This document shows positions 47,246-55,981 of a stretch of 64,000 nucleotides of DNA, in pieces (the stretch's first letter is position 1; the number at the start of each line of letters is the position of its first letter). The position numbers and the translations under genes were made by a program. Source of the stretch: Bacteroidales bacterium (lineage in GTDB: Bacteria; Bacteroidota; Bacteroidia; Bacteroidales; GCA-2748055); the NCBI GenBank assembly GCA_016936975.1, contig JAFGWU010000014.1, positions 23,529 through 87,528 of the forward strand, written 5' to 3'. The notes under the pieces are model-generated. The model saw nothing but the letters and a program-made list of their open reading frames with translations. It was not told the origin of the DNA and did not search any database.

Positions 47246-47266
47246 AAAAAAAGACAAACAGGTCTT
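47246..47266 (-). terminator. Weak intrinsic-terminator-like hairpin after psd
   Basis: The minus strand reads AAGAC-CTGTTT-GTCTT followed by TTTTT. The stem is only 5 bp and overlaps the psd stop codon. Confidence 0.3.
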
Positions 47267-47918
47267 ATTTTATCCGGGCAATGGGGGTGACCCCTCCGAT
47301 TACGGATTCATGCAGCTTTACCAGGATCTCTTTATCATGGGGTATGAACAGGTCTACGCGGGATCCGAATTTAATAAAACCCAGCTCTTCCCCCTGCCTG
47401 ACTGATTTCCCCACCTCCGCGTAACATTTTACCCTTCGTGCCACGAAACCGGCAATTTGCCTGACAAGGATGGACAGATCTCCGTTCTTTATGCCAACGG
47501 AAGCGTGTTCGTTCAGTTCGGAGGATTTCGGATGTCTTGCAACGAGATATTTTCCGGGATGGTATTTTTGATAAATGATGCGTCCCTCAATCGGATAGTA
47601 GTTCACATGGACATCGTGGATGCTCATGAAGATGGAAACCTGTATGCGTTCTTCCTGAAAAAATTCCGATACCCTGACCTTTTCAACAGCCACAATGCGA
47701 CCGTCGGCCGGAGCCACAATTAACCTTTCGTCCTGGACAAATCTTCGATCAGGATTTCTGAAGAACCTTATCAGTAAAACCAGGAGAACAACAGACGCAA
47801 TAGATAGGATCGTAAAAATCCTGTAATCCAGGAACAGGACCATTAATATATTAATCCCCGCCAGGAGTAAGACTGAGATGGCAACAACTGTTCGACCCTC
47901 CTTATGAATCCTGATCAT
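47265..47918 (-). CDS. psd: Phosphatidylserine decarboxylase (short, Bacteroidota/archaetidylserine type)
   Basis: 217 aa with an N-terminal TM pair and an FGSRVD self-cleavage-like site. It sits adjacent to cdsA. Confidence 0.85.
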   Translation of the reverse strand: MIRIHKEGRTVVAISVLLLAGINILMVLFLDYRIFTILSIASVVLLVLLIRFFRNPDRRFVQDERLIVAPADGRIVAVEKVRVSEFFQEERIQVSIFMSIHDVHVNYYPIEGRIIYQKYHPGKYLVARHPKSSELNEHASVGIKNGDLSILVRQIAGFVARRVKCYAEVGKSVRQGEELGFIKFGSRVDLFIPHDKEILVKLHESVIGGVTPIARIK

Positions 47919-48736
47919 AAGATTGCATTGAGATATACAAAGATAAAGAAAAGAACCGGGGATATAATCAACAGTGAGTCAAAACGGTCAAGTATTCCGC
48001 CGTGTCCCGGAAGGAGATTTCCTGAGTTTTTAACATGGTGGGCCCTTTTTATCCTCGATTCTAAAAGGTCACCGGCGAGTCCAATCCCTGCAATCAGAAG
48101 GGCGACAAGTATCCAGGTGCCCGGAGTGTATGTTTGTGTAATTTGGAACACCATCCAGCCACTGAACACTGTTAAAATAAGACTCCCGAAAAATCCTTCC
48201 CAGGTTTTCCCGGGAGAGAGGTTGGGCGTCATTTTATGTTTTCCGAAGAGGGTACCTGAAAGATAGGCAAACATATCATTGATCCAGGTCAGGGCAATAA
48301 TTATGAGCGGCAGTCTGAACCGGTAAGCACCAGGCTGTTCAATCCACCCGGTCAGAAAGAAAAATGTAAGGGGCAGGGCGATCCAGAAAAAGGAGAGCAA
48401 GGTAAAAGAGAGTAACGCATTCCGGTATTGTCTGCCGGTGGTAAGGTGAACCAGTAAAGCAGCCAGGAGCAGAAGTCCGGGTATTCCCAACCAGAAGGGA
48501 GTAATGAGGACGGTTTTATACAGGACAGTAAAAGCCATCAGGGAGGCTCCTGGGAGAATGGAAAGAATAAAGGCAATTCCGGGCCTGACCGAAAAAATAT
48601 GTCCCAATTCGATGGATCCCAGTATGATAATGATAAGCAGGAGCAATGACAGCCAAATGCCTCCGAGCAGTATGCACGCCATGACCAGGCTAACCAGGGT
48701 AATCCCTGTAATCGTACGAATCAGTAATTCTTTCAA
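47915..48736 (-). CDS. cdsA: Phosphatidate cytidylyltransferase
   Basis: Polytopic protein with the CdsA signature SRIKRAHHVKNSGNLLPGHGGILDRFDS. Confidence 0.92.
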   Translation of the reverse strand: MKELLIRTITGITLVSLVMACILLGGIWLSLLLLIIIILGSIELGHIFSVRPGIAFILSILPGASLMAFTVLYKTVLITPFWLGIPGLLLLAALLVHLTTGRQYRNALLSFTLLSFFWIALPLTFFFLTGWIEQPGAYRFRLPLIIIALTWINDMFAYLSGTLFGKHKMTPNLSPGKTWEGFFGSLILTVFSGWMVFQITQTYTPGTWILVALLIAGIGLAGDLLESRIKRAHHVKNSGNLLPGHGGILDRFDSLLIISPVLFFIFVYLNAIL

Positions 48737-48939
48737 GCTTCTTCAAATTCCCGGATGAGCTTTTTGGCCCTCAATACATCATCCTGGTAAACGTAAATTT
48801 CAATATCACCGATTTTATAAGCTGAATCCTGCTTATTGACAATAAAGGAAAGGATGTCATAATGGGATAGCATCTGTCTGATGAGCTCTGCCAGGTAAGG
48901 TTTCCCCGTGCTGTAGATTCTTACAGGGTCGTTCGCCAT
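48733..48939 (-). CDS. DUF2007-like small protein
   Basis: 68 aa. The pattern (YSTGKPYLAELIRQMLSHYDILSFIVNKQDSAY...IEIYV) resembles DUF2007. It is tightly coupled between ftsH and cdsA. Confidence 0.6.
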   Translation of the reverse strand: MANDPVRIYSTGKPYLAELIRQMLSHYDILSFIVNKQDSAYKIGDIEIYVYQDDVLRAKKLIREFEEA

Positions 48940-51081
48940 TTAATCACTGATTTCTGCTCTTTTTTGGTCCGCTGAAACCTCTCCTTCAGCCTGTGGCTCA
49001 TCCGTTTTCTTCTTATTGATTTTCCTCTTATTTACTTTGTTTTCCCCGGTTGCTTGTTCATCCATGCTCTTTTTGTCCACTCTTTTTACTTCAGCTTTTC
49101 CCGGACGGATCTGCGATTCCTCGCTGGTGCTGTTCCAGGGTCTTTTGCCATAAATCTTTTCAAGGTCATCACTGAAGATAACCTCTTTTTCGAGCAGTAA
49201 TTCCGCGAGTTTTTTCAGCCCTTCCCTGTTTTTTCTCAAAATGTCCAGGGCTCTGTTATACTGCTCCTGAATGATTTTCTGGACCTCCTCATCAATCAGC
49301 TCTGCCGTTTTTTCACTGTAGGGTTTGGTAAAGGAGTACTCCTGCTGTCCGGTGGAATCATAAAAGCTCCTGTTCCCGATTTTTTCACTCATGCCGAAAT
49401 AGGTGATCATCGCATAGGCCTGTTTGGTGATCCGTTCAAGGTCGTTCAGGGCGCCGGTGGAAATTTTTCCGAAGGTTAACTGCTCCGAAGCCCTTCCTCC
49501 CAAAGTGGCACACATCTCATCCAGCATCTGTTCGGTCGTGGTGATCTGTCTCTCCTCCGGCAGGTACCAGGCTGCTCCCAGGGCACGTCCCCTGGGGATT
49601 ATGGTTACCTTAACCAGCGGATTGGCATGTTCAAGCAGCCAGCTGATGGTGGCATGCCCGGCTTCGTGGAAGGCAATGGTTCGTTTTTCATCGGTTTTAA
49701 TGACCTTGTTTTTCTTCTCCAGTCCTCCGATGATGCGGTCTACCGCATCAAGGAAGTCCTGTTTCTCAACCTCTTTCTTATCCTTACGAGCAGCGATAAG
49801 GGCCGCTTCATTACAGACATTGGCAATATCCGCACCGGAAAATCCCGGGGTCTGCTTGGACAGGAAGTCCACGTCGACGGATTTATCAATCTTGATGGGC
49901 TTGAGGTGAACCTTAAAGATTTCCTTGCGTTCATTCAGATCGGGAAGTTCAACGTGGATCTGGCGGTCGAACCTTCCGGCCCTGAGCAGTGCTTTGTCCA
50001 GCACATCCGCACGGTTAGTAGCAGCGAGAATGATGACCCCGCTGTTGGTGCTGAAACCATCCATTTCGGTCAGCAGCTGATTCAATGTATTTTCCCGTTC
50101 GTCATTTGCCCCGAAATTTGGATTCCGGCCACGGGCCCTCCCTACAGCATCGATTTCATCGATAAATACAATACAGGGGGCTTTCTCCTTGGCCTGTTTG
50201 AAAAGGTCGCGCACCCGCGAAGCTCCTACACCCACGAACATCTCCACAAAGTCGGAACCCGACATGGAGAAGAAAGGTACATGGGCCTCTCCCGCCACGG
50301 CTTTAGCCAGCAGGGTTTTTCCCGTTCCGGGAGGGCCCACCAGAAGGGCGCCTTTGGGAATCTTGCCTCCAAGGTCGGTATATTTCTTTGGATTCTTGAG
50401 AAATTCCACGATCTCCCTGATCTCCATCTTGGCTTCCTCGAGCCCTGCAACATCACTGAAGTCAACCTTAACATTGGTATCCTTATCAAAAATCTGGGCC
50501 TTTGATTTTCCCACGCTGAATATATTACTGCCCCCGCCTCCGGCTCCTCCTCCCATGCGGCGGAGCATATATATCCAGATTCCGAGGATGATCAGAAAAG
50601 GAAGGATCCAGAGAAGCAGATCCCCGAAAATATTCTTCCGGGTGACCGTGGTGTAGGTTGGCCGGATTTCGGGCGGCAGCTTGTCCATGGTCTGATTAAG
50701 TTCCTGCACAAATACATCCTGCGAGATAATGGTAAAAAAATACTGAGGCACACTCTGCCCGAAAATGGTGCTGGGTTTTTCCGACTTAACATCCTCGTAA
50801 ATCGGATCGGAAAGCTTTTCCGGCTTGATATAGATTTCAACCTGCTCTTTATTGACAATGACAATTTCTTTAATATCCCCTCTCTGGAGCATTTGAAAAA
50901 ACCGGTTTGAATCAATCTCCGTCGGGTTTCCGGTTGAACCGAGAAATTGCATCCCGATCAAAACCAGAAGAATCAGTCCGATGATCCAGTATGAATTGAA
51001 TCTGGGTTTATTGTTGCCGGGTTTGTTCCCGCCTGGATAGGGTCCAGGTCTGTTTCCCGGTATTTTTTTCCTGTCGTTCAT
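48940..51081 (-). CDS. ftsH: ATP-dependent zinc metalloprotease FtsH
   Basis: Walker [22 protein letters not shown] region, zinc motif HEAGHA and two N-terminal TM segments. Confidence 0.98.
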   Translation of the reverse strand: MNDRKKIPGNRPGPYPGGNKPGNNKPRFNSYWIIGLILLVLIGMQFLGSTGNPTEIDSNRFFQMLQRGDIKEIVIVNKEQVEIYIKPEKLSDPIYEDVKSEKPSTIFGQSVPQYFFTIISQDVFVQELNQTMDKLPPEIRPTYTTVTRKNIFGDLLLWILPFLIILGIWIYMLRRMGGGAGGGGSNIFSVGKSKAQIFDKDTNVKVDFSDVAGLEEAKMEIREIVEFLKNPKKYTDLGGKIPKGALLVGPPGTGKTLLAKAVAGEAHVPFFSMSGSDFVEMFVGVGASRVRDLFKQAKEKAPCIVFIDEIDAVGRARGRNPNFGANDERENTLNQLLTEMDGFSTNSGVIILAATNRADVLDKALLRAGRFDRQIHVELPDLNERKEIFKVHLKPIKIDKSVDVDFLSKQTPGFSGADIANVCNEAALIAARKDKKEVEKQDFLDAVDRIIGGLEKKNKVIKTDEKRTIAFHEAGHATISWLLEHANPLVKVTIIPRGRALGAAWYLPEERQITTTEQMLDEMCATLGGRASEQLTFGKISTGALNDLERITKQAYAMITYFGMSEKIGNRSFYDSTGQQEYSFTKPYSEKTAELIDEEVQKIIQEQYNRALDILRKNREGLKKLAELLLEKEVIFSDDLEKIYGKRPWNSTSEESQIRPGKAEVKRVDKKSMDEQATGENKVNKRKINKKKTDEPQAEGEVSADQKRAEISD

Positions 51082-51091
51082 GATAATTTAA

Positions 51092-51484
51092 TTACATTTC
51101 ATCTGCAATCTGCTCAATTTTTCCGTCAGCCCAGAGCTCTTCAAGATTATAGAATCTTCGCTGATTTTCTAAAAATATATGAACCAGAATGGCATTATAG
51201 TCCATCAGTACCCACTGACAGTTTGTAAGACCTTCCACATGGTGTGCACGTATATTCCCGTTCTCCTTCAGTTTTTTCTCAACGGAATCGGTTAACGCAT
51301 TCACCTGTGTGGTTGAGTCGCCGTGGCATATAATAAAATGGTCACAAATGGAATTCTCTATCTTTCTTAAATCAATAGTCAGAATTTGTTTTCCCTTTTT
51401 TTCCTTCAATGCCTCTATGATCCGTTCAATCTGCTCTTCCGTGCTCAGCGGTTCGGTTTCTGTCATCCCGTATTTTATTGACAA
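51092..51484 (-). CDS. rsfS: Ribosome silencing factor RsfS
   Basis: About 125 aa. DHFIICHGDSTTQVNALTDSVEKKLKE is typical of the RsfS/iojap family. Confidence 0.88.
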   Translation of the reverse strand: MSIKYGMTETEPLSTEEQIERIIEALKEKKGKQILTIDLRKIENSICDHFIICHGDSTTQVNALTDSVEKKLKENGNIRAHHVEGLTNCQWVLMDYNAILVHIFLENQRRFYNLEELWADGKIEQIADEM

Positions 51485-51605
51485 AGGTAACGATTTTTAG
51501 TCATTTCAATTTTGTAAATTGCCAAACAAACTGCTTTCTGAATGACATAACATTGAGAATCTGTATTTGTTTCGACTGTCACTCGGGAAAATCAAAAATT
51601 GTACC

Positions 51606-52340
51606 ATGGATTATAATTTGATTTATAGAAGGGAGGTCACTTCCACTAACAGTGAGCTTCTGAAGTTGGTGAAAGAGAATCCGGGGGTGGGGGAAACAGT
51701 TCTGGCAGCAGAATATCAGACAGATGGTCGCGGTCAGGGAAGTCATGGATGGGATAGCGGCCGGGGAGAAAATATCCTGTTCAGCTGGCTGGTTTATCCT
51801 GAATTTTTGTCAGCATCTGAACAATTCCGTATCTCAAAAGCAGTATCTTTGGCACTTTGCGATTACCTTTCCAATTATATCGGCAACCTTTCTGTCAAGT
51901 GGCCCAACGATATTCTGGCAGGAAGCAGGAAAATTGCCGGTATCCTGATTGAGAACAGCATCATGCAGCAGACCATCCAGTATTCTGTCATCGGTGTTGG
52001 ACTCAACCTTAGGCAGGAGTTTTTCCCGGAATACCCTCTGACTGCCACTTCCCTCTTTCTCGAGACAGGGCGCAAACTGAATGTGGAACGGCAGACCAGA
52101 CGAGTGCTCAGATTTCTTTATAACAGGTATGAACAACTCCGTGATGGCAAGGATGAACGGATAGACCGGGATTATATTGAAAAACTCTTCAGGTATGGTC
52201 AACCGTCACTTTTCGAGGCCGGTAACCGGCAGTTCGAAGGCACCATTGTGGGAGTAAATGCTTATGGTCAGCTGGAGGTTTCTGTCTCAGGGATCATCAG
52301 AAGCTTTGATTTTCGCGAGATTAATCTGCTTCTGAGCTGA
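51606..52340 (+). CDS. birA: Biotin--[acetyl-CoA-carboxylase] ligase
   Basis: STNSEL and QTDGRGQGSHGW (GRGRxGRxW-like) motifs. The likely start is MDYNLIY at 51606. No N-terminal HTH domain is present. Confidence 0.88.
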   Translation: MDYNLIYRREVTSTNSELLKLVKENPGVGETVLAAEYQTDGRGQGSHGWDSGRGENILFSWLVYPEFLSASEQFRISKAVSLALCDYLSNYIGNLSVKWPNDILAGSRKIAGILIENSIMQQTIQYSVIGVGLNLRQEFFPEYPLTATSLFLETGRKLNVERQTRRVLRFLYNRYEQLRDGKDERIDRDYIEKLFRYGQPSLFEAGNRQFEGTIVGVNAYGQLEVSVSGIIRSFDFREINLLLS

Positions 52341-52737
52341 AATTAAATTGTTCAATTCCATCGATCAGCCTGTCGGCAAATTGCTTCAATGGGGCTTTGA
52401 CAAAAGGGAGCAACATGGCATTGATTAGTGGCTGAATGGTTATCTTAATCCGGGTGTCATCGGCTTCGGTTTTAAGAAGCTGGACCCAGATTGTGAAGTC
52501 ATATTTGGATTCATCAATGCTCGAAATCTTAACCAGTTTGAAGGGTTCCTTTTCGGCCAGTTTAAATCCTGTTTTTCCCACGGGATCAATCCTGAAGGAG
52601 CACTGTTCCGTGCTTGAAACCCACTCGCTGACCTGATCCTCAGGGATCAGGTTCCTGAAATTGTTGAAATCGGTAATAAATTTGTAGATGTCCCTGTCGG
52701 AATAACGGGATTTCCCGATCTTGCTCTCAATTTTCAT
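52321..52737 (-). CDS. SRPBCC/START-like small protein
   Basis: 138 aa from MKIESKIG at 52737. The size and sequence pattern resemble an SRPBCC-like helix-grip protein, judged by eye. Family call is tentative. Confidence 0.5.
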   Translation of the reverse strand: MKIESKIGKSRYSDRDIYKFITDFNNFRNLIPEDQVSEWVSSTEQCSFRIDPVGKTGFKLAEKEPFKLVKISSIDESKYDFTIWVQLLKTEADDTRIKITIQPLINAMLLPFVKAPLKQFADRLIDGIEQFNFSSEAD

Positions 52738-53392
52738 CTGTATCTTTTTTGTGTGACTGCTGATGACCCCAGTTCCCGGGATCCCTTCTCCATTCACTTA
52801 GCATCTGCACTTCCTCCCCGGTAATGTAACCGGTTTCGGTTGCTGTTTTTAGCAGTTCGTGATAGTTGCTGAGGGTTACAAGTTTCACGCCTGCTTTCCG
52901 GAAATTTTCTTCCGCGATGGCAAATCCATAGGTGAAGACAGCTACCATTCCAAGCACGTTGCAGCCGGCTTCATGGAGCGCTGCCGCTGCTTTGAGAGAA
53001 CTGCCACCGGTCGACACCAGATCCTCTATGATAATAACATCCCTGGCTTCCCCTATCATGCCCTCAATTTGATTCCGCCTGCCATGGTCCTTGGGGTCCG
53101 ACCTGACATATACAAATGGAAGATTGAGCTGGTCCGCAACAAGGACTCCCTGTGCGATGGCCCCCGTGGCAACGCCTGCAACAAGTCCGGCAGAAGGAAA
53201 TTCGGTCCGCACGATTTCCACGAACAGGTCCCTGATTCTCGTCCTGATATCAGGGAATGAAAGGGTGATCCGGTTATCGCAATAAATGGGAGAGAGCCAC
53301 CCCGAAGCCCATTTAAAGGGGTTTGCAGGTTCGAGTTTTATTGCTTTACTTTGTAGCAGTAATTTTGCTATTTCGCTCTTGCTGTTTATCAT
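52727..53392 (-). CDS. pyrE: Orotate phosphoribosyltransferase
   Basis: KAIKLEPANPFKWASGWLSPIYCDNR and PRPP motif VIIIEDLVSTGGS. The likely start is MINSKSEI at 53392. Confidence 0.93.
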   Translation of the reverse strand: MINSKSEIAKLLLQSKAIKLEPANPFKWASGWLSPIYCDNRITLSFPDIRTRIRDLFVEIVRTEFPSAGLVAGVATGAIAQGVLVADQLNLPFVYVRSDPKDHGRRNQIEGMIGEARDVIIIEDLVSTGGSSLKAAAALHEAGCNVLGMVAVFTYGFAIAEENFRKAGVKLVTLSNYHELLKTATETGYITGEEVQMLSEWRRDPGNWGHQQSHKKDTDEN

Positions 53393-53399
53393 GTAACAA

Positions 53400-54014
53400 A
53401 TGTATAAAGTTTTTTTCAAGGACAGAACGGTTTACTTCGGCGATGATTTTTCAAAGGCATTTGTTAGGAATAAAGGTCTGTTCTATAAATTCAATAACCT
53501 CCATGAACTGAAAGAGCTGGTAGATGTGTTTTTTGCGCTGACACGGATTCAGAATCTTTATATCTTCCACGATGATATCCTTTCCCTGGTTGAGGAGTTC
53601 AAAGCCTGTTTTGATTGCATTGAGGCAGGAGGAGGTGTGGTAATCAATAAAAAAGGGGAGTTTCTCATTATGATGCGCGACGGGATATGGGATCTGCCAA
53701 AGGGAAAACTTGAGAAGGGAGAAAACTTTGAAACAGCGGCCCTGCGTGAGGTGGAAGAAGAAGTCGGATTGTCGGGACTGAAAGTTGTCCGGCAGATCGT
53801 CTCCACATACCATACCTACCATCTTTCGGAGGATCGGGTGCTTAAGAAGACCAAGTGGTTTGAAATGCGTTATGATGGTGATGAGCATCCGGAGCCCCAG
53901 CTTTCGGAGAAAATAACCGAAATTCGATGGGTGAAACCCGGGGAAACAGATTTCATCAGAAAAAACACCTATTCAAGCGTGCTTGATGTCCTTTTTGTAA
54001 GGGATCTCCTTTAA
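53400..54014 (+). CDS. NUDIX hydrolase
   Basis: Nudix box GKLEKGENFETAALREVEEEVGL. Confidence 0.88.
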   Translation: MYKVFFKDRTVYFGDDFSKAFVRNKGLFYKFNNLHELKELVDVFFALTRIQNLYIFHDDILSLVEEFKACFDCIEAGGGVVINKKGEFLIMMRDGIWDLPKGKLEKGENFETAALREVEEEVGLSGLKVVRQIVSTYHTYHLSEDRVLKKTKWFEMRYDGDEHPEPQLSEKITEIRWVKPGETDFIRKNTYSSVLDVLFVRDLL

Positions 54015-55454
54015 TCAGATATCCCCGCGGGAGCGCATAATCCTGAATAATTGTTCCTGAAATCCTTCCGAGGGAAGCGTGGCCGGGGATTGAATCAGTA
54101 GGCCGTCGGGTCCGATCAGGAATGCGGAAGGAATAGTCCGGATATTATATTTTTCAAGAAGAGAAGGCTGGTCTTTATAATAGAGTGCAACCCATTCATA
54201 CCGGTTCCGGTTCATAAAATCCTTCAAGGTATCCATATTGTCTGTAATCATTATCGTGACCACTTCAAGAAAATCATGAAATTTATCGCGGTAGGATTTC
54301 AGGAAAGGGTATTCCATCATACAGGCATAGTGATCGGGCGTACAGAAAATGAGGTAGACATATCGGCCCCTGAAATCGTCCACTGTTTTGAAATGGTTGG
54401 TCTGATCACGGAGCAGGAAACCGGGAGGCCGGTTGCCAATCATTAATCCGGAGAAGCGTCTGTGCATTTCCTGTGCCATTTGACGGTAATCTTCAAGAGA
54501 GGCATCCTGTGATAAAGAATCCAGCAGGATCAGCAAAGCATCCCTGATAAAATAATCCCCGTAATACTGTGAAGCGATCTCTTTAAGGATAACCAGGTCG
54601 GCAAGGGTATCAGAGGAAATGGCCGGATGTCTCTTCAGTTCCTGCCTCACCATCCCGAGGCTGTGTTTCCGGTTGACTGCGGCAAGAATCTGTTCTCCGG
54701 TGTCTGTCTTCGAGTAATAATAAAAAAAATCGTCAAAAACAGCGTTAAACAGGTCCATATAGGCAGGTTCGCGAAACCGGGGAACGGAATCGTGCAGGTA
54801 ATTGTGCACCAAACCGGTCAGGTCGGTTTTCCCCTCATTTATTTTCAGAATCCCGTAACGGTATCTCCGGTAACGATCGAACAGCGGAACAGTGTTTCCG
54901 GAATAGTTCTTTTCGAGCTCCTCAATGAGGGGATCTGCCTGGACGATTTCATGGCTCTGACCTTTGTCAAGCAGGGAATGGTTCATTTTAACAAAGGTGG
55001 TATCGAAAGCCGCAATCAACCGGTTGAGTTCGGCGGTGTCCGGCAGGAGTTCCCGGCTTTCAATTGTTCTGCAGGACAAGACATTCAGATGGACCCTGAC
55101 CGGCTCATAAAAAGGCCCCATTCTTTTATGAAGGGCCTTTTCCGTGCGGGGAGGGAGTTTTACGTCATATTCATAACCCGGGACAGCATAAAGAAAGGCC
55201 TCGAAGATTCCGGCTCCGAGATAGAGTACAGATTGCTCCTTAATCGGAATGTGTTCATAGAAAGAACCGTCATCCAGTATCCTGATGGAATCGAAAGCCA
55301 CCCTGACACGGGAGAATGGATTTTCAATGCGGTACACAGGAATTTTCTGTCCTGCATGATCCTCCGAGGTGCCTGCAATGATACATTCCTGTGACACTGC
55401 ATGACCGGGTCCCAGGAGGCTCAACAGGCAAACAGTTCGGAGAATGGTTCGCAT
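54015..55454 (-). CDS. Secreted protein with a C-terminal thioredoxin-fold (TlpA/AhpC-like) domain lacking a canonical CxxC
   Basis: Start MRTILRTV at 55454 followed by a signal peptide. The C-terminal FRGRYVYLIFCTPDHYACMMEYP...IRTIPSAFLIGPDG matches TlpA-like topology, but the active-site position reads C-x6-C. Confidence 0.6.
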   Translation of the reverse strand: MRTILRTVCLLSLLGPGHAVSQECIIAGTSEDHAGQKIPVYRIENPFSRVRVAFDSIRILDDGSFYEHIPIKEQSVLYLGAGIFEAFLYAVPGYEYDVKLPPRTEKALHKRMGPFYEPVRVHLNVLSCRTIESRELLPDTAELNRLIAAFDTTFVKMNHSLLDKGQSHEIVQADPLIEELEKNYSGNTVPLFDRYRRYRYGILKINEGKTDLTGLVHNYLHDSVPRFREPAYMDLFNAVFDDFFYYYSKTDTGEQILAAVNRKHSLGMVRQELKRHPAISSDTLADLVILKEIASQYYGDYFIRDALLILLDSLSQDASLEDYRQMAQEMHRRFSGLMIGNRPPGFLLRDQTNHFKTVDDFRGRYVYLIFCTPDHYACMMEYPFLKSYRDKFHDFLEVVTIMITDNMDTLKDFMNRNRYEWVALYYKDQPSLLEKYNIRTIPSAFLIGPDGLLIQSPATLPSEGFQEQLFRIMRSRGDI

Positions 55455-55455
55455 A

Positions 55456-55926
55456 TCAGAGGTAATTTCTGATATCAATCCCCTTTGGAAGAAACTGGGA
55501 GGCATCGCCTCCATTTCGTATAATATCTCTTATAAGTGTGGAGTTAATGGGCGTGTGCTCCGGACTGGTCAGCAAAAAGATCGATTCGACTTCCGGCAGC
55601 ATCAGCTTGTTGATCTGAGCGACGGCACGTTCATATTCGAAATCGGCTGCGGTTCGAATGCCCCTGAGCATATGGGTTGCCTTAACCCTGCGGCAATAGT
55701 CAACGGTCAACCCTTCAAAATAATCTGCAAAAATCATGTTATGTCCTTCAAAAATATCCCTGATCATGCGAACACGGGACTCAATCTTCAGGAGGGGCTG
55801 CTTCCCGGAATGTACGCCAACGGCCACAATGATTTTATCAAAAAGGTCAACCGACCGGTGCACGACGGATTCATGTCCCAGGGTAAACGGATCAAATGAT
55901 CCCGCAAAGACGGCAATTTTTTCCAT
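55456..55926 (-). CDS. coaD: Pantetheine-phosphate adenylyltransferase
   Basis: IAVFAGSFDPFTLGHESVV (T/HxGH motif) and 156 aa. Confidence 0.95.
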   Translation of the reverse strand: MEKIAVFAGSFDPFTLGHESVVHRSVDLFDKIIVAVGVHSGKQPLLKIESRVRMIRDIFEGHNMIFADYFEGLTVDYCRRVKATHMLRGIRTAADFEYERAVAQINKLMLPEVESIFLLTSPEHTPINSTLIRDIIRNGGDASQFLPKGIDIRNYL

Positions 55927-55981
55927 GATCTCTGTTTTATGAAGTGAACGCCTTAAAATTTCAATCTCTGTGTCTGACCTT

